DNA of 64,000 nt from a virus (IMGVR_UViG_3300049370_000001:6440-70439); one strand, 5' to 3'; positions 27,536 to 37,464 are shown, numbered from the stretch's first letter. Notes: a model not told the origin generated them from the letters alone. Numbers and translations: made by a program.

Positions 27536-27745
27536 TTAGGACACGAACCGGATCGCGCAGTACACGACCCCAAGGCAGATCAGTGAGTTTTCATACCTGC
27601 GAAGCGTGTTATCAGCGAGCAGAACGGTATCAGTGTCTCTCGGTGTTCTTGCTACATCAACGAGAAATAGTTCGTTAGCAATCTCCACGACGATTGTGTT
27701 CCGGGGAGTTGGTACAAGCCGGGAAACCAAATCGATATGGTCCAT
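27536..27745 (-). CDS. Small protein resembling the C-terminal part of an S24/LexA-like domain
   Basis: SD GGAGG; extended -10 TGTTATAGT upstream; LADN...CLGVV...R tail; no catalytic Ser/Lys identified. Confidence 0.45.
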   Translation of the reverse strand: MDHIDLVSRLVPTPRNTIVVEIANELFLVDVARTPRDTDTVLLADNTLRRYENSLICLGVVYCAIRFVS

Positions 27746-27993
27746 CCTGGGTGACCTCCAGCGAGAATCGACCGTGGTGGGCCGCTTGGTGTGAGGCTGA
27801 GAATGCGCGGAACTATAACACTACCGAGAGGTGTTAGGTTACGTGAAAGTGTAATTTTTATGGCGCTACTTGTGAGGTTTTTTAAGTGGTTCTAAGGGGC
27901 GAGCATTGCAAGGGATTCTGCTGGGCTGTCTAAATGTCGCTGCGACCAACGTTGCGTAAAGCCTCACTTCATCGTTGAAATCAGCCGCGACTT

Positions 27994-28503
27994 TTATTTG
28001 ATTAGGAACTTCACTTCATACCCTTTACCTGTGGGCCAGTCTTCCCGAATTACCTCAATGCGGCCCTGTCCCACTTTCCACTTGCCCGATCTGCCGACAA
28101 GCAATGCTGTAATGGTTTCACCGGGGAGTTCTAAACCAAGTGCGCGCCTGGTTAGCAAGTGACCCGCGACCGCCAACGCCTCGTGAGCCTTCTCTGCGGT
28201 GCTGATGATATTGACGTTTAGAACCAACTTCAGTTGGCTGGCAACGTTGGATTCCCCGTCTACGTAGAATGCGAGATTGTTTGGTAGTGGCCGGCCGTCG
28301 CCAATGTCGTTGTAGGGTGATGAGCACCAATACTGCTTAGGCGCAGACGGATCGTTCTTCCAGCCGCGGGTCCTGAGTCCGATTTCTTCAAGTAGCGCGC
28401 ACGCCGTCTGCGGGTTGCGCCAATTGAGTTGTTCATTGTCTTGTGGTTGCTCGGGAGCGCAGACCGCTAGGATTGCGAAAATTAAACCAGTGATTCTCAA
28501 CAT
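27994..28503 (-). CDS. Putative lipoprotein
   Basis: MLRITGLIFAILAVC lipobox-like N-terminus. Confidence 0.6.
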   Translation of the reverse strand: MLRITGLIFAILAVCAPEQPQDNEQLNWRNPQTACALLEEIGLRTRGWKNDPSAPKQYWCSSPYNDIGDGRPLPNNLAFYVDGESNVASQLKLVLNVNIISTAEKAHEALAVAGHLLTRRALGLELPGETITALLVGRSGKWKVGQGRIEVIREDWPTGKGYEVKFLIK

Positions 28504-28530
28504 TTTGGTCGACCTTTCTACTTGGGGCGA

Positions 28531-28731
28531 CTAGAAGATCGGCATCCACAGCCGCGTTGTTCCAAACAACAGGATCGTCAGGATAAAAGAGATCACGGCT
28601 GACGTGATCACGCCCCAGGCGATGGTTGTGATCCACCAGCCACGTCCGCCTATGCGGCGTCCACAGCCAGGGCACATAAGTCCGTTTGTTGAGCAGTTGT
28701 GGCCGCAATCGCGGCACGGTAGTAGCGCCAT
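28531..28731 (-). CDS. Zn-ribbon plus TM protein
   Basis: CRDCG...CPGCG then a TM helix. Confidence 0.7.
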   Translation of the reverse strand: MALLPCRDCGHNCSTNGLMCPGCGRRIGGRGWWITTIAWGVITSAVISFILTILLFGTTRLWMPIF

Positions 28732-28749
28732 GGCCTGAGGACCGGCCTT

Positions 28750-28995
28750 CTATTCGTTTTCGTTTCTCTTGCCGCCGCCTTTCCTGCCTTTTCTGAGCGG
28801 CAGGTTGCGCGGACTTCGCAAGTCGTTATCCTTCTGGTACGCGTCCAAACCCTTTAAGAGCAGCAGATAACCAACGGAACTGAGAGAACGATCTTCCCGC
28901 TCCGCTATGTCTTCAATTTCGGTTTTGAGCGCGGAAGTAATTAAAACGCCGAGCATCTCACTGCGTGCATCGCTGGGCACAGACCGTTTTAACAC
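28750..28995 (-). CDS. Ribbon-helix-helix regulator, CI position
   Basis: MLGVLI-TSALKTEIEDIAEREDRS-LSSVGYLLLLKGL; SD GGAG. Confidence 0.75.
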   Translation of the reverse strand: MLKRSVPSDARSEMLGVLITSALKTEIEDIAEREDRSLSSVGYLLLLKGLDAYQKDNDLRSPRNLPLRKGRKGGGKRNENE

Positions 28996-29050
28996 CCTGA
29001 ATCTCCCGCCCGCTAGATTTATGTTCTTAAAGATTTCTTTAAGTACCCTA

Positions 29051-29079
29051 TTGACATTTAAGAACCTTTAAGGTTTAAT
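29051..29079 (+). promoter_or_regulatory. Rightward early promoter (PR-like) with 17-bp operator
   Basis: TTGACA (29051-56), TTTAAGAACCTTTAAGG (29057-73), TTTAAT (29074-79); ATG follows at 29089. Confidence 0.85.
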
Positions 29080-29088
29080 GCGGTTCCG

Positions 29089-29274
29089 ATGGCGACCAAA
29101 AAGAAAAAGAACAACGACCTTGTACTCGTCGGGACGATGATCCCGAAGCCCCTGGCTAACGCTCTCAGGACGGTCGCAGAGGCCGAGGATCGCTCCGTGT
29201 CCAAAATCGTTAAAAAACTGATTGAAGACTCGCCGGACATTCAAAGGGTGTTGAAACAAGCTCAGGCTGCTTAG
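29089..29274 (+). CDS. Ribbon-helix-helix regulator, Cro position
   Basis: VLVGTMI-PKPLANALRTVAEAEDRS-VSKIVKKLIE. Confidence 0.8.
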   Translation: MATKKKKNNDLVLVGTMIPKPLANALRTVAEAEDRSVSKIVKKLIEDSPDIQRVLKQAQAA

Positions 29275-29369
29275 GTTTTCAATCGGCTGGGGAGAGGTGG
29301 TTCGTTGAGGCGAACGTTACCTGAGGGACAACTATCGACTCAAGTATTGAAGTGAAGGGAAATTGACTT

Positions 29370-29597
29370 ATGGCACATCCTCTTACCCTCGGGGCAACAG
29401 GTCGTTTTCCACAGGGGAAATACACAACAGAAGACGAAGGTGAGCTTCAGTTTGCAATTGCCGCCGATAAGACTGCGGGCAAGGTGCTGATCAACTTTGG
29501 CAAGCCGGTGGAGTGGGTGGGTATGGACGCGGATCAGGCTGATGGGCTTGGGGATCTCCTGAAATCCAAAGCCGCAGAAATTCGAGGGCAGTCATGA
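29370..29597 (+). CDS. Conserved phage hypothetical protein
   Basis: GATGRFPQGK...DEGELQFAI...VLINFGKPVEWVGM. Confidence 0.7.
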   Translation: MAHPLTLGATGRFPQGKYTTEDEGELQFAIAADKTAGKVLINFGKPVEWVGMDADQADGLGDLLKSKAAEIRGQS

Positions 29598-29648
29598 CGA
29601 GCGGCGTACTCAATCCGGCACTTCTGAATCTCGGCTGAGGTTAACTCA

Positions 29649-30101
29649 ATGAAATCTGCTCCCACACAGCACGAAGTAAAGTCTTTGTTCTCACAACTGA
29701 TTCCGCACGGCAATCGGAAATTGATCGCTCAGGGCATGGGCGTTACTGAAGGCGACATATCACGAAGATTTAACCCTAACGATGATCGGAAACTTGGAAC
29801 CGCAGAGGGGTTGTCAGAACAGTTTCACATTATTCAGACCTCCCCAGTCGAGTGGCCTGCCATCCGCGCTTTCATTGAGGCGCTGTGGGATGAGTGGGAG
29901 ACGCGGGGAAAACTACCGGTGCCCACTGACGCACAGGTTGCCAAAGAGCAGCACGACTACGTGGCAGCGGTGCTCCAGGGGGCGTGTCCGATGCGCAAGG
30001 GCGTGGAACTGGCACAGTCGATTGCTTACAGCAAACGGAAGCTGGCGCACATTGAATCGGGAGCGGGAGAGTCTTTAGTTGGAATACGAAAGGTTGGGTG
30101 A
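29649..30101 (+). CDS. CII-like HTH regulatory protein
   Basis: KLIAQGMGVTEGDISRRFNPND; position after the Cro-position gene. Confidence 0.55.
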   Translation: MKSAPTQHEVKSLFSQLIPHGNRKLIAQGMGVTEGDISRRFNPNDDRKLGTAEGLSEQFHIIQTSPVEWPAIRAFIEALWDEWETRGKLPVPTDAQVAKEQHDYVAAVLQGACPMRKGVELAQSIAYSKRKLAHIESGAGESLVGIRKVG

Positions 30102-30342
30102 ATGGCAGACGTAACAGCCGACATGAACGACCGCGAGCGCAAGTGTTTTGCTGAAACGCTGCGACAATTTTCTAAATCCGCAAGCGAAGCGGCTGAGGGG
30201 CTGGAAAAACGCGACGACAAGCAGTTCTTTACCGGCTATATGAATGCGGTTTTCAAGCATGGCGATGAAGGAGATCGACGAAGTGATCCTTTCGTCGCTG
30301 CAAAAAGACGCGCCAGAGTTCCCGCCGATTATTGGCGGTTGA
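30102..30342 (+). pseudogene. Hypothetical gene with apparent +1 insertion near 30250
   Basis: Frame 0 turns Arg-rich; the +1 frame reads SMAMKEIDEVILSSLQKDAPEFPPIIGG-stop; span is 3n+1. Confidence 0.45.
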
Positions 30343-30846
30343 AAAACCAAATCCGGCGCTCTCGCTGAAAGAGAAACGCCGGATCAAAACGAACAGGATG
30401 GTCCAAATGCGGTCTAATCCTAACACAGACAAATCTCTTCAACAAAGGATTCTTTTATGAGCCGTGGCAGCTGCACGTGCCCGGACTGTCGGCAGTCTCG
30501 TGCGCGCGTTCGCTCTCCCCTGTTGTTTGGTCTGTTCGTGATCGCAATTGCGGTCCTGGCATATGCCGGAATCGCTTACGTGCTACTGAGCGCAATGCCG
30601 TGAGCTCGAATTCAATCGACGCGAAGACAATGGAAGAGTTTGAGCGCGTGGCCGCACTGGTAGACGGACACAACATTTATTGCATCTGTGACGGCTGCAA
30701 GAAGTTTATGGAATTAGCTGAGTTAATTCGAGCGCAAAGAGCTGAGCAGAAAGCGGGCGCTACGAAATGAGAGAAGAACTCGCTGCCGCCTTGCTGTTTG
30801 TGGTGACTATCGTTTTGTACGTGATTGTCTTTGGAGCATTACAACA

Positions 30847-31782
30847 ATGATTACAGCACTTAAATCCAGACAAGACTACTTTCTCGCTGATCGGAATAGC
30901 TATCTCGGCGCTTCCGACATGGCCGCAATTCTCGGCGTTGATGATCACAAGACCGCGCTCGACGTCTACAACGAAAAGCTGGGCTTGGTGCCGCGTTTTG
31001 AAGGCAACAACCAAACAAAGCGCGGGCAAAGACTCGAGGATATTGCCGCACAGGAATACTCGCAACACACCGGGAACAAGGTTCACCGCCGCCGCACAGA
31101 GCTACTCCACCCGCAGTATGACTTCATTCGCGGACATATTGATCGTCGCGTTGTCGGCGACAAGCGGCCGGTCGAGATCAAAGTGCCGTCGCGTGGAATG
31201 TTCCACAAGATGAAGCGCGAAGGCCTGCCAATGTCGCAGATCGTTCAGATGCAAAGCTATCTCTGGCTCGACGCTTCGCCTGTTGGTGACTTCGCGATCT
31301 TCTGCCCGGACGTTTGGGAACTGCTGCCATTCGAAGTACCGGCACAGCCGGAACTATTCGAAAAGATCGAGCGTTATGCGGTTGTTTTCTGGCAAGAGCA
31401 CGTCTTAAGACAGGTCCCGCCTATTCCGACTAAACAGGATGCTCCAGCGATCGAATTCGCCAAGATAGTCGGTGAAGTTATCCATCGCGACGATCCTGAG
31501 TTTACCGAGGCCGCTCTTCTCTTCCGTGAAGCAAAGCAGCTCGAGAAAGACAGCGAACTGTTGATCGATCTTGCTAAGAAAAGGGTTAAAGAAGTTGTTG
31601 ACAGCAAGTTCGGAAAGTACCAGGGCGGCGGGATGCGTCTCGCGTACTTTCAAAGCCAGGGCCGGACATCATTCGACAAAAAGGCCCTTGCGGCAGCGTA
31701 TCCACAGATCGACTTATCGCAGTTTGAGAAGCGCGGAGATCCGTTCGAGGTATTAAAACCGATCTTCGCAATCGAAGATTAA
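30847..31782 (+). CDS. YqaJ/lambda-exonuclease family recombinase
   Basis: RNSYLGASDMAAILG, G.RLE, HIDR, VEIK, QMQSYL. Confidence 0.9.
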   Translation: MITALKSRQDYFLADRNSYLGASDMAAILGVDDHKTALDVYNEKLGLVPRFEGNNQTKRGQRLEDIAAQEYSQHTGNKVHRRRTELLHPQYDFIRGHIDRRVVGDKRPVEIKVPSRGMFHKMKREGLPMSQIVQMQSYLWLDASPVGDFAIFCPDVWELLPFEVPAQPELFEKIERYAVVFWQEHVLRQVPPIPTKQDAPAIEFAKIVGEVIHRDDPEFTEAALLFREAKQLEKDSELLIDLAKKRVKEVVDSKFGKYQGGGMRLAYFQSQGRTSFDKKALAAAYPQIDLSQFEKRGDPFEVLKPIFAIED

Positions 31783-31842
31783 CTAAACCGCGTAACGCCT
31801 ATCGACTTTTCGATAAAGAGCCACGCAGGGAGAAAAAAATCG

Positions 31843-32874
31843 ATGTCACAAACGGAACACGCCTTAGCGCCGCGCTCCATCGAGCAGGATGGAATAACAA
31901 CAACAACCGAATTTTCGAACGAGCTCGCGCCAACTGCAGCAGCGGCCGAGAAACAGTTTGAGATTCAAAGCGCGATCGTGCTCGCCAAGAGATACCCGCG
32001 AGACGAAGACGCTGCGTTTCAAAAACTAATGAAAGCCAGCGGGCGCACTTCATTTGCCGAAGAGGCGGAGTATTCATTTCCACGCGGCGGGCAACAGGTA
32101 AGAGGTCCGAGCGTTAACCTGGCGCGCGAAGCTGCGCGGGTATGGGGCAATGTTCGCTACGGGTTAACAATCCTGCGCGACGATAACGATTCGCGGCAGA
32201 TTCAAGGATGGTCATGGGACATTGAAACCAACACGAAGATCACGGCAGAGGATGACTTTCGAAAACTCATCTTTCGCAAGGGCCGGGGCTGGATTGAACC
32301 AGACGAACGGGACCTCCGCGAGCTGACAAATCGGCGCGGCGCCATTCTTATTCGCAACTGCCTGCTCCAGGTGATGCCAAAAGATTTGATTGAGGACGCG
32401 CTGCAAGAATGCCAGAGGACGCTCCGCAGTAACGCAGCGAAAGATCCTGACGGTGAGCGCAAGAAAATCCTGATGGCGTTTTCTGCTTTGAACGTGAGCG
32501 CGGAAATGCTTTCAGCTTATTTGGGCCATCCGGTCGCTCAGTGTTCACCGGCCGAGATCGCCGATTTGCGCGGAATCTACAAGTCGATTTCGGATGGAAA
32601 TAGCACTTGGGGTGATTACGTCAACGGCAACACGGAAGCAACAGCAGCGGATCTGAAAGAGAAAACGAAAAACAAAACTGAAGAGCTGAAGGAAAAACTT
32701 GCGGCTTCAAAACCGATCGACGAAGCCTCGGAAAAGAAAAAACTCCGCAAGGCGATCAAAGACATGTTTCCCGAAGATGTAATCGAAAAACACACCGGCG
32801 GGCGCGACATTCTGGTTCTGAGCTTGGATGAGTTGGTCCAACTAAGAGACGGGTTAATGGAATACAAGGATTGA
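31843..32874 (+). CDS. Putative single-strand annealing/recombination protein
   Basis: Follows the exonuclease; EIQSAIVLAKRYPRDE, YSFPRGG..V.GPSVNLA...WGNV. Confidence 0.6.
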   Translation: MSQTEHALAPRSIEQDGITTTTEFSNELAPTAAAAEKQFEIQSAIVLAKRYPRDEDAAFQKLMKASGRTSFAEEAEYSFPRGGQQVRGPSVNLAREAARVWGNVRYGLTILRDDNDSRQIQGWSWDIETNTKITAEDDFRKLIFRKGRGWIEPDERDLRELTNRRGAILIRNCLLQVMPKDLIEDALQECQRTLRSNAAKDPDGERKKILMAFSALNVSAEMLSAYLGHPVAQCSPAEIADLRGIYKSISDGNSTWGDYVNGNTEATAADLKEKTKNKTEELKEKLAASKPIDEASEKKKLRKAIKDMFPEDVIEKHTGGRDILVLSLDELVQLRDGLMEYKD

Positions 32875-32957
32875 GTCTGCGTCGAGGGGCGGCGCAGACG
32901 CAATGCGGGCCGGTTTGGACCTCCTGGGCTGGTCCGCCTTTTAAAGGAAGGATCCAT

Positions 32958-33410
32958 ATGGACGACGTAGATGTAAAACAGGCGAACTTCGAAGGCTGGG
33001 CCGTTGTCGAGATGATGGGCCACCGAAAAGAGATCGGGTTTGTGACCACCCAGGCGTTTGGACAAGCCGTACTGTTTCGAGTGGATACACCCGAATTGCC
33101 GGAAAGGGAGTACACACTGGAAAGCCCGGAGTACGCCCGACACAACGGCGCTGGCGAACGATGGTGTCCTGCTGGAACCAAAGTCAAACGGGAATCGTCA
33201 CCGGCTCGCTCGTGCCTTGTTGCGCCCTCATCGCTATATGCGATCAATCCATGCACTGAGCAAGCAGCAATGGCTTTGATCGAGCGTAACCGATCACGCC
33301 CGCTAATCGCGTTAGAACTACCAGAGCAAGCCGCGCTGCCGCCGGCGCCTGATGATGAGGAATCGGATTTCGAGAACGAGCAAGACGATAGCGACGACTA
33401 CGGTGATTGA
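32958..33410 (+). CDS. Conserved phage hypothetical protein
   Basis: EGWAVVEMMGHRK..G.V...FRVDTP; SD AAGGA. Confidence 0.65.
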   Translation: MDDVDVKQANFEGWAVVEMMGHRKEIGFVTTQAFGQAVLFRVDTPELPEREYTLESPEYARHNGAGERWCPAGTKVKRESSPARSCLVAPSSLYAINPCTEQAAMALIERNRSRPLIALELPEQAALPPAPDDEESDFENEQDDSDDYGD

Positions 33411-33610
33411 TCATGAACCGTCGGTGTCCAGGCAAGTTAATCACAAACGAGAAAAGCCAGGATGCGGCTGACGTCTTAGTTTGTATGCACTGCGGCGAAA
33501 CATTCGGCAACAAGTACAGGGTAGGACAGCAGTGTCCACGAGATCTTGATCGGGTAGTAAAGAACAAGGCGGCGGCTTAAATCTTCGGGCTCTCAATCGA
33601 CAAAAGTTAA

Positions 33611-34432
33611 ATGCACTGGTATCCACGTTTTATGGACGACTACGACCGCGACACACAGCATTTATCGCTCATGGAAAACGGAGCTTACGGTCGGCTCCTG
33701 GATTACTACTACCAAAAACGAAGGCCGCTCCCGCTCGACGAGATAGCGCTCTTTCGAATCTGCCGCGCGTTCACGCTGGAAGAACAAGCTGCGGTCAGAA
33801 ACGTAATCGGTCAGTTCTTTACTGAACAAGCAGACGGCTGGCATCAGAAGCGTGCCGACATTGAGATCGCCAAAGCGAAGGAGATTTCAGCCGTAAGATC
33901 AACCGCAGCTCGCACACGATACGGAAAATCCGAAGGGACCAACTCAGAAGGCACGGCCGAAGAAGAGAAGGTCGAAGGTGAACGTATTGTTGCAGCAAAC
34001 GATCTGCAAATGCAGGTGCAAATGCAAAGCAAAAGCGATGCAAATGCAGTGCAATTGCATACACAGATCACAGATCACAGATCTACAAAACACAATTCAG
34101 AAACTACAGATCACAAACCACAGAAAAGCAGTGATAGCGCGCGCGTGACCGCGCGCCAGCCACGCAAAAGAGTTTGTGATGACGAATTCATAGCCGACAT
34201 GCAGTCGAACGAGGCCTACAAACACCTGAACGTGCGAAACGTTTACAACAAGATGCTGGTCCACTGTTACCGCAAGGGCAAGCAGGCAACACAGAATCGG
34301 CTCATCTACTGGCTCAACAACGAAGATCCGCCAATGGGGAACGGGAATGGAAGCTATCAGCAAAATACTCCGCCGGGCTCAAGAGCAGGCGCCGGAGTTT
34401 ACGAATTCAAATCAAAATCGGTCATTAGCTAA
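33611..34432 (+). CDS. Replication initiator (DUF1376/YdaU-like)
   Basis: MHWYPRFMDDYDRDTQHLS.ME.GAY.RLLDYYY; upstream of a DnaC-like gene. Confidence 0.8.
   Translation: MHWYPRFMDDYDRDTQHLSLMENGAYGRLLDYYYQKRRPLPLDEIALFRICRAFTLEEQAAVRNVIGQFFTEQADGWHQKRADIEIAKAKEISAVRSTAARTRYGKSEGTNSEGTAEEEKVEGERIVAANDLQMQVQMQSKSDANAVQLHTQITDHRSTKHNSETTDHKPQKSSDSARVTARQPRKRVCDDEFIADMQSNEAYKHLNVRNVYNKMLVHCYRKGKQATQNRLIYWLNNEDPPMGNGNGSYQQNTPPGSRAGAGVYEFKSKSVIS
34005..34123. repeat. Iteron-like repeats, probable replication origin
   Basis: TGCAAATGCA at 34005, 34017, 34039 (variant at 34050); ACAGATC three times in tandem at 34063-34083; A-rich tract. Confidence 0.65.
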
Positions 34433-35129
34433 TTGCTGGCGGTGCTACGGGACGGGCACAAGACTCCGCAACGCGGCGACCGGGGAGTACGTTCGCGAAC
34501 TGAGTGCTGAGAACGCCGCCGCAGAGAAGGTATCTGAAAACTGTCTTTGCGTCCGGCGTAAAACGATCAAAGATCAGTTGGCTGTAATTCCTCCAGTGTT
34601 TGGGATGCCGCGACTCGGAAGGTTAAGACCGAGTTCCGCACATCACCAAAAACAAGCGGCTGCTATCAGTCTGGTTAGAAGCAAACCGAATGAGTCTTAT
34701 CTGTTTACCGGAAGAAACGGGACCGGAAAAAGCCATATCGCTTGGGCAATCTACCGTCACGCGCTCGCCTCTCGGCGACCGGCCGTAGCGTCAAGCGTTC
34801 GCGATCTGCTTGATGAATTCCGGCGCCTGGAATTATCGATCAAAGAGGGAGATCCCTGGACACCGCGGGTAAGAGCGATTGACCTGAGAAAGCAAGGCAA
34901 GCCGTGGCTGATATTCCTTGACGAGTTCGAAAAGGCGCGTCCGAGTGAGTTTGCGTCAGAGCAATTATTCAATCTTCTTGATGCGGCAAGGTCCTTTGGA
35001 CACCAACTCGTAGTAACCAGCAACTTCGATCCTGAAAAACTACGCTCACACTGGGGCCGCATAGATGAAGTGTGGGGCAACTCGATTATGACTAGGCTTT
35101 GGGACTGTCACCGAATCGAATTCTTTTAA
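34347..35129 (+). CDS. DnaC/IstB-like AAA+ helicase loader
   Basis: Walker A GRNGTGKS, Walker B IFLDEFE, VVTSN, SIMTRL. Confidence 0.85.
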   Translation: MEAISKILRRAQEQAPEFTNSNQNRSLANCWRCYGTGTRLRNAATGEYVRELSAENAAAEKVSENCLCVRRKTIKDQLAVIPPVFGMPRLGRLRPSSAHHQKQAAAISLVRSKPNESYLFTGRNGTGKSHIAWAIYRHALASRRPAVASSVRDLLDEFRRLELSIKEGDPWTPRVRAIDLRKQGKPWLIFLDEFEKARPSEFASEQLFNLLDAARSFGHQLVVTSNFDPEKLRSHWGRIDEVWGNSIMTRLWDCHRIEFF

Positions 35130-35659
35130 TGGAAACCGCGAAGCCCAAACACTGCCCGATCTGCAACAGGGATTTACCTGTCTCTGAATTCGGGATCTGC
35201 CAATCGCGAAAAGACGGTCGAAATCTTTATTGCAAAGAAGACATCCGTCAAAAAGTAGCAGCCCAACGTAAGGCTCTCAAGGAATACAAAGCACTTCGAA
35301 AGAAGCACAGACCGCAAATCGAGGCAGACATTTACCTTGAGGAATCTCAGTTTGAAGTTGAGAGGTCGTTACCCGCGTTGGTGAAATTAAGTCCGGTTGA
35401 GCGCGTGCGTCTCGCGATCAAACGAGGCTTGCGAACACAGTCTGCGATAGGTCAAGAGACCAAGCTTGGTAAAGATGAAATCAGCGATGCCCTGGCGGTT
35501 CTGATTCTTCATCGTAGAGAGGTCACCACACAGAGCGACGGACAGAACCGCTACTACTACGTTAAAACGGCGGATACGGTTGAACCACCAAAGCGGAAAG
35601 ACTGTGTATTGAGTCTCAGTTGTTTAGGTCCAGTGATTAAACACGAGAGGGTCGCATGA
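35129..35659 (+). CDS. Zn-finger plus winged-HTH protein
   Basis: KHCPICNRDLP.SEF...RKDGR..YC; C-terminal HTH-like part; TAATG coupling. Confidence 0.6.
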   Translation: METAKPKHCPICNRDLPVSEFGICQSRKDGRNLYCKEDIRQKVAAQRKALKEYKALRKKHRPQIEADIYLEESQFEVERSLPALVKLSPVERVRLAIKRGLRTQSAIGQETKLGKDEISDALAVLILHRREVTTQSDGQNRYYYVKTADTVEPPKRKDCVLSLSCLGPVIKHERVA

Positions 35660-36876
35660 GCGTAGCAGTTGAACAACGTGAGGCCTCAGCGTTCGCACTG
35701 AAGGCGCCGTTCCCGTGGTTTGGCGGAAAGTCTCGCGTTGCGGGTCTCGTGTGGGAGCGATTCGGGAATGTTCCGAACTACGTTGAGCCGTTCGCTGGAT
35801 CTCTTGCTGTGTTGCTGGGCCGCGAATCTCAGCCTCGGGTGGAAACCGTCAACGATATTGATTGTTGGATAGCAAACTTTTGGCGAGCGCTGCAATCCGA
35901 TCCTGAAGGCGTGGCCACATACGCAGACTGGCCCGTAAACGAGGCGGACCTACATGCGCGTCATTTGTGGTTAGTGAATCAACTTGAATTCCGCGAACGA
36001 ATGAAGACCGATCCTGACTTCTTCGACATAAAGATCGCGGGTTGGTGGTGTTGGGGAATCTGTCAGTGGATCGGATCGGGTTGGTGTGCGCAACCAGGCT
36101 GGCGCGGCCGCACGAACGCAGGAAGGGCAGCTCGGGGGATCCTTTCCGAAACGCCAACGCGGAAAAGACCGCTTCTTGGGGGCCATTCAGGCTTTCATGG
36201 CGTTCACAACACAAGTGTTTTCGAAGCGAGGCCTCAGCGGAAAATTCCCTACGCCGGACGCGACGAGCGCGGCGCACTGTCGAGAACCGCAGCAAAGAGG
36301 CCTCGGCTTGGGCGCGGGCAGGGGCGCGGCGTTTCGAGACAGCTTCCGAAGCTCTCAGGTGATTCAGGCGCGTCAGGAAGCGGAGTGCATTCAAACACAG
36401 CGAACGAAGGATTGATCGAATGGCTCTCAGCTCTTGCGGAGCGGCTGCGGCGTGTCCGTGTGTGCTGTGGTGACTGGTCTCGGGTTCTTGGGCCAAGCGT
36501 TACGCACAAGATAGGACTAACCGGAGTATTTCTCGATCCACCCTACGACATGCGCGTAGTCAGTGATAAGTCAGAGACAGGCAGAGACGGAGCAGCGCCA
36601 AGCGACAAGCTATACGAGCACCATGATAACGAGGCCTCTGCGGCCGTGCGGACGTGGGCCATTGAGAACGGCGACAATCCGTTACTCAGAATCGCGGTCT
36701 GTGGATACGAAGGTGAGCACGAATTCCCATCAACGTGGCAGAAGGTAGCGTGGAAAGCGAACGGCGGATTTGGCAACCAGAACCCAAACACGAATGGAAG
36801 TATTAACGCCACTAGAGAGCGGATCTGGTTTAGTCCGCACTGTCTGAAACTTCCAGGGCTTTTTGATTCACTATGA
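35656..36876 (+). CDS. DNA adenine methyltransferase (D12/Dam class) with long insertion
   Basis: PFPWFGGKS, YVEPFAGS, VNDID, FLDPPY. Confidence 0.9.
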   Translation: MSVAVEQREASAFALKAPFPWFGGKSRVAGLVWERFGNVPNYVEPFAGSLAVLLGRESQPRVETVNDIDCWIANFWRALQSDPEGVATYADWPVNEADLHARHLWLVNQLEFRERMKTDPDFFDIKIAGWWCWGICQWIGSGWCAQPGWRGRTNAGRAARGILSETPTRKRPLLGGHSGFHGVHNTSVFEARPQRKIPYAGRDERGALSRTAAKRPRLGRGQGRGVSRQLPKLSGDSGASGSGVHSNTANEGLIEWLSALAERLRRVRVCCGDWSRVLGPSVTHKIGLTGVFLDPPYDMRVVSDKSETGRDGAAPSDKLYEHHDNEASAAVRTWAIENGDNPLLRIAVCGYEGEHEFPSTWQKVAWKANGGFGNQNPNTNGSINATRERIWFSPHCLKLPGLFDSL

Positions 36877-37439
36877 GCGCATCAACCAAACAATTAAGAC
36901 TTACCGGACCATCCGTGAAGCGTGGCCAGTCGGAGCAGGTTGTTTCTACTCCGTGGGAGTTCACTCGCGCAGTCGAGAGGAAGTTTGGCCCGATCGCTGT
37001 TGACCTGGCGGCCACCGCAAACAACGCAAAGGCGAGTGTCTTTATTTCACCTGAGATCGACACCTTCACACAGGACTGGACCGAATGGTTGAACGGTGGT
37101 CTAGGCTGGCTCAACCCTGAATTCGATCCGATGGTTGTTTCGGTCGCTAAATGCGCCCTTGAGCAACAGCGAGGAGCGGAACTACTGACTCTTTCTCCGG
37201 CATCTGTTTCAACTAACTGGTTTTGGGATTATGTTCAGCCTTACGCAACGATCATCACACTCACGCCGCGCATAGCATTCGTTGGCAGCCACAAACTCTA
37301 TAAGAAAGGCCATCCGCTTGAAGGTCTGCGGATGTGCGGTGAATCGTGCGAGGGGTGTCAGCCTTATCCGAAAGACTTGATGCTGTCGCATTACTGCGCG
37401 AACCCAAACCACGAATTACAACGCTGGAAATGGAAGTAA
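36873..37439 (+). CDS. Phage N6-adenine methyltransferase-like protein
   Basis: STPWEF...VDLAA..NNAK...QDW...WLNPEF (NPPY/F-like)...PASVSTNWF. Confidence 0.72.
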   Translation: MSASTKQLRLTGPSVKRGQSEQVVSTPWEFTRAVERKFGPIAVDLAATANNAKASVFISPEIDTFTQDWTEWLNGGLGWLNPEFDPMVVSVAKCALEQQRGAELLTLSPASVSTNWFWDYVQPYATIITLTPRIAFVGSHKLYKKGHPLEGLRMCGESCEGCQPYPKDLMLSHYCANPNHELQRWKWK

Positions 37440-37464
37440 CCCAACAAACGAAAGGATGGTCCTT

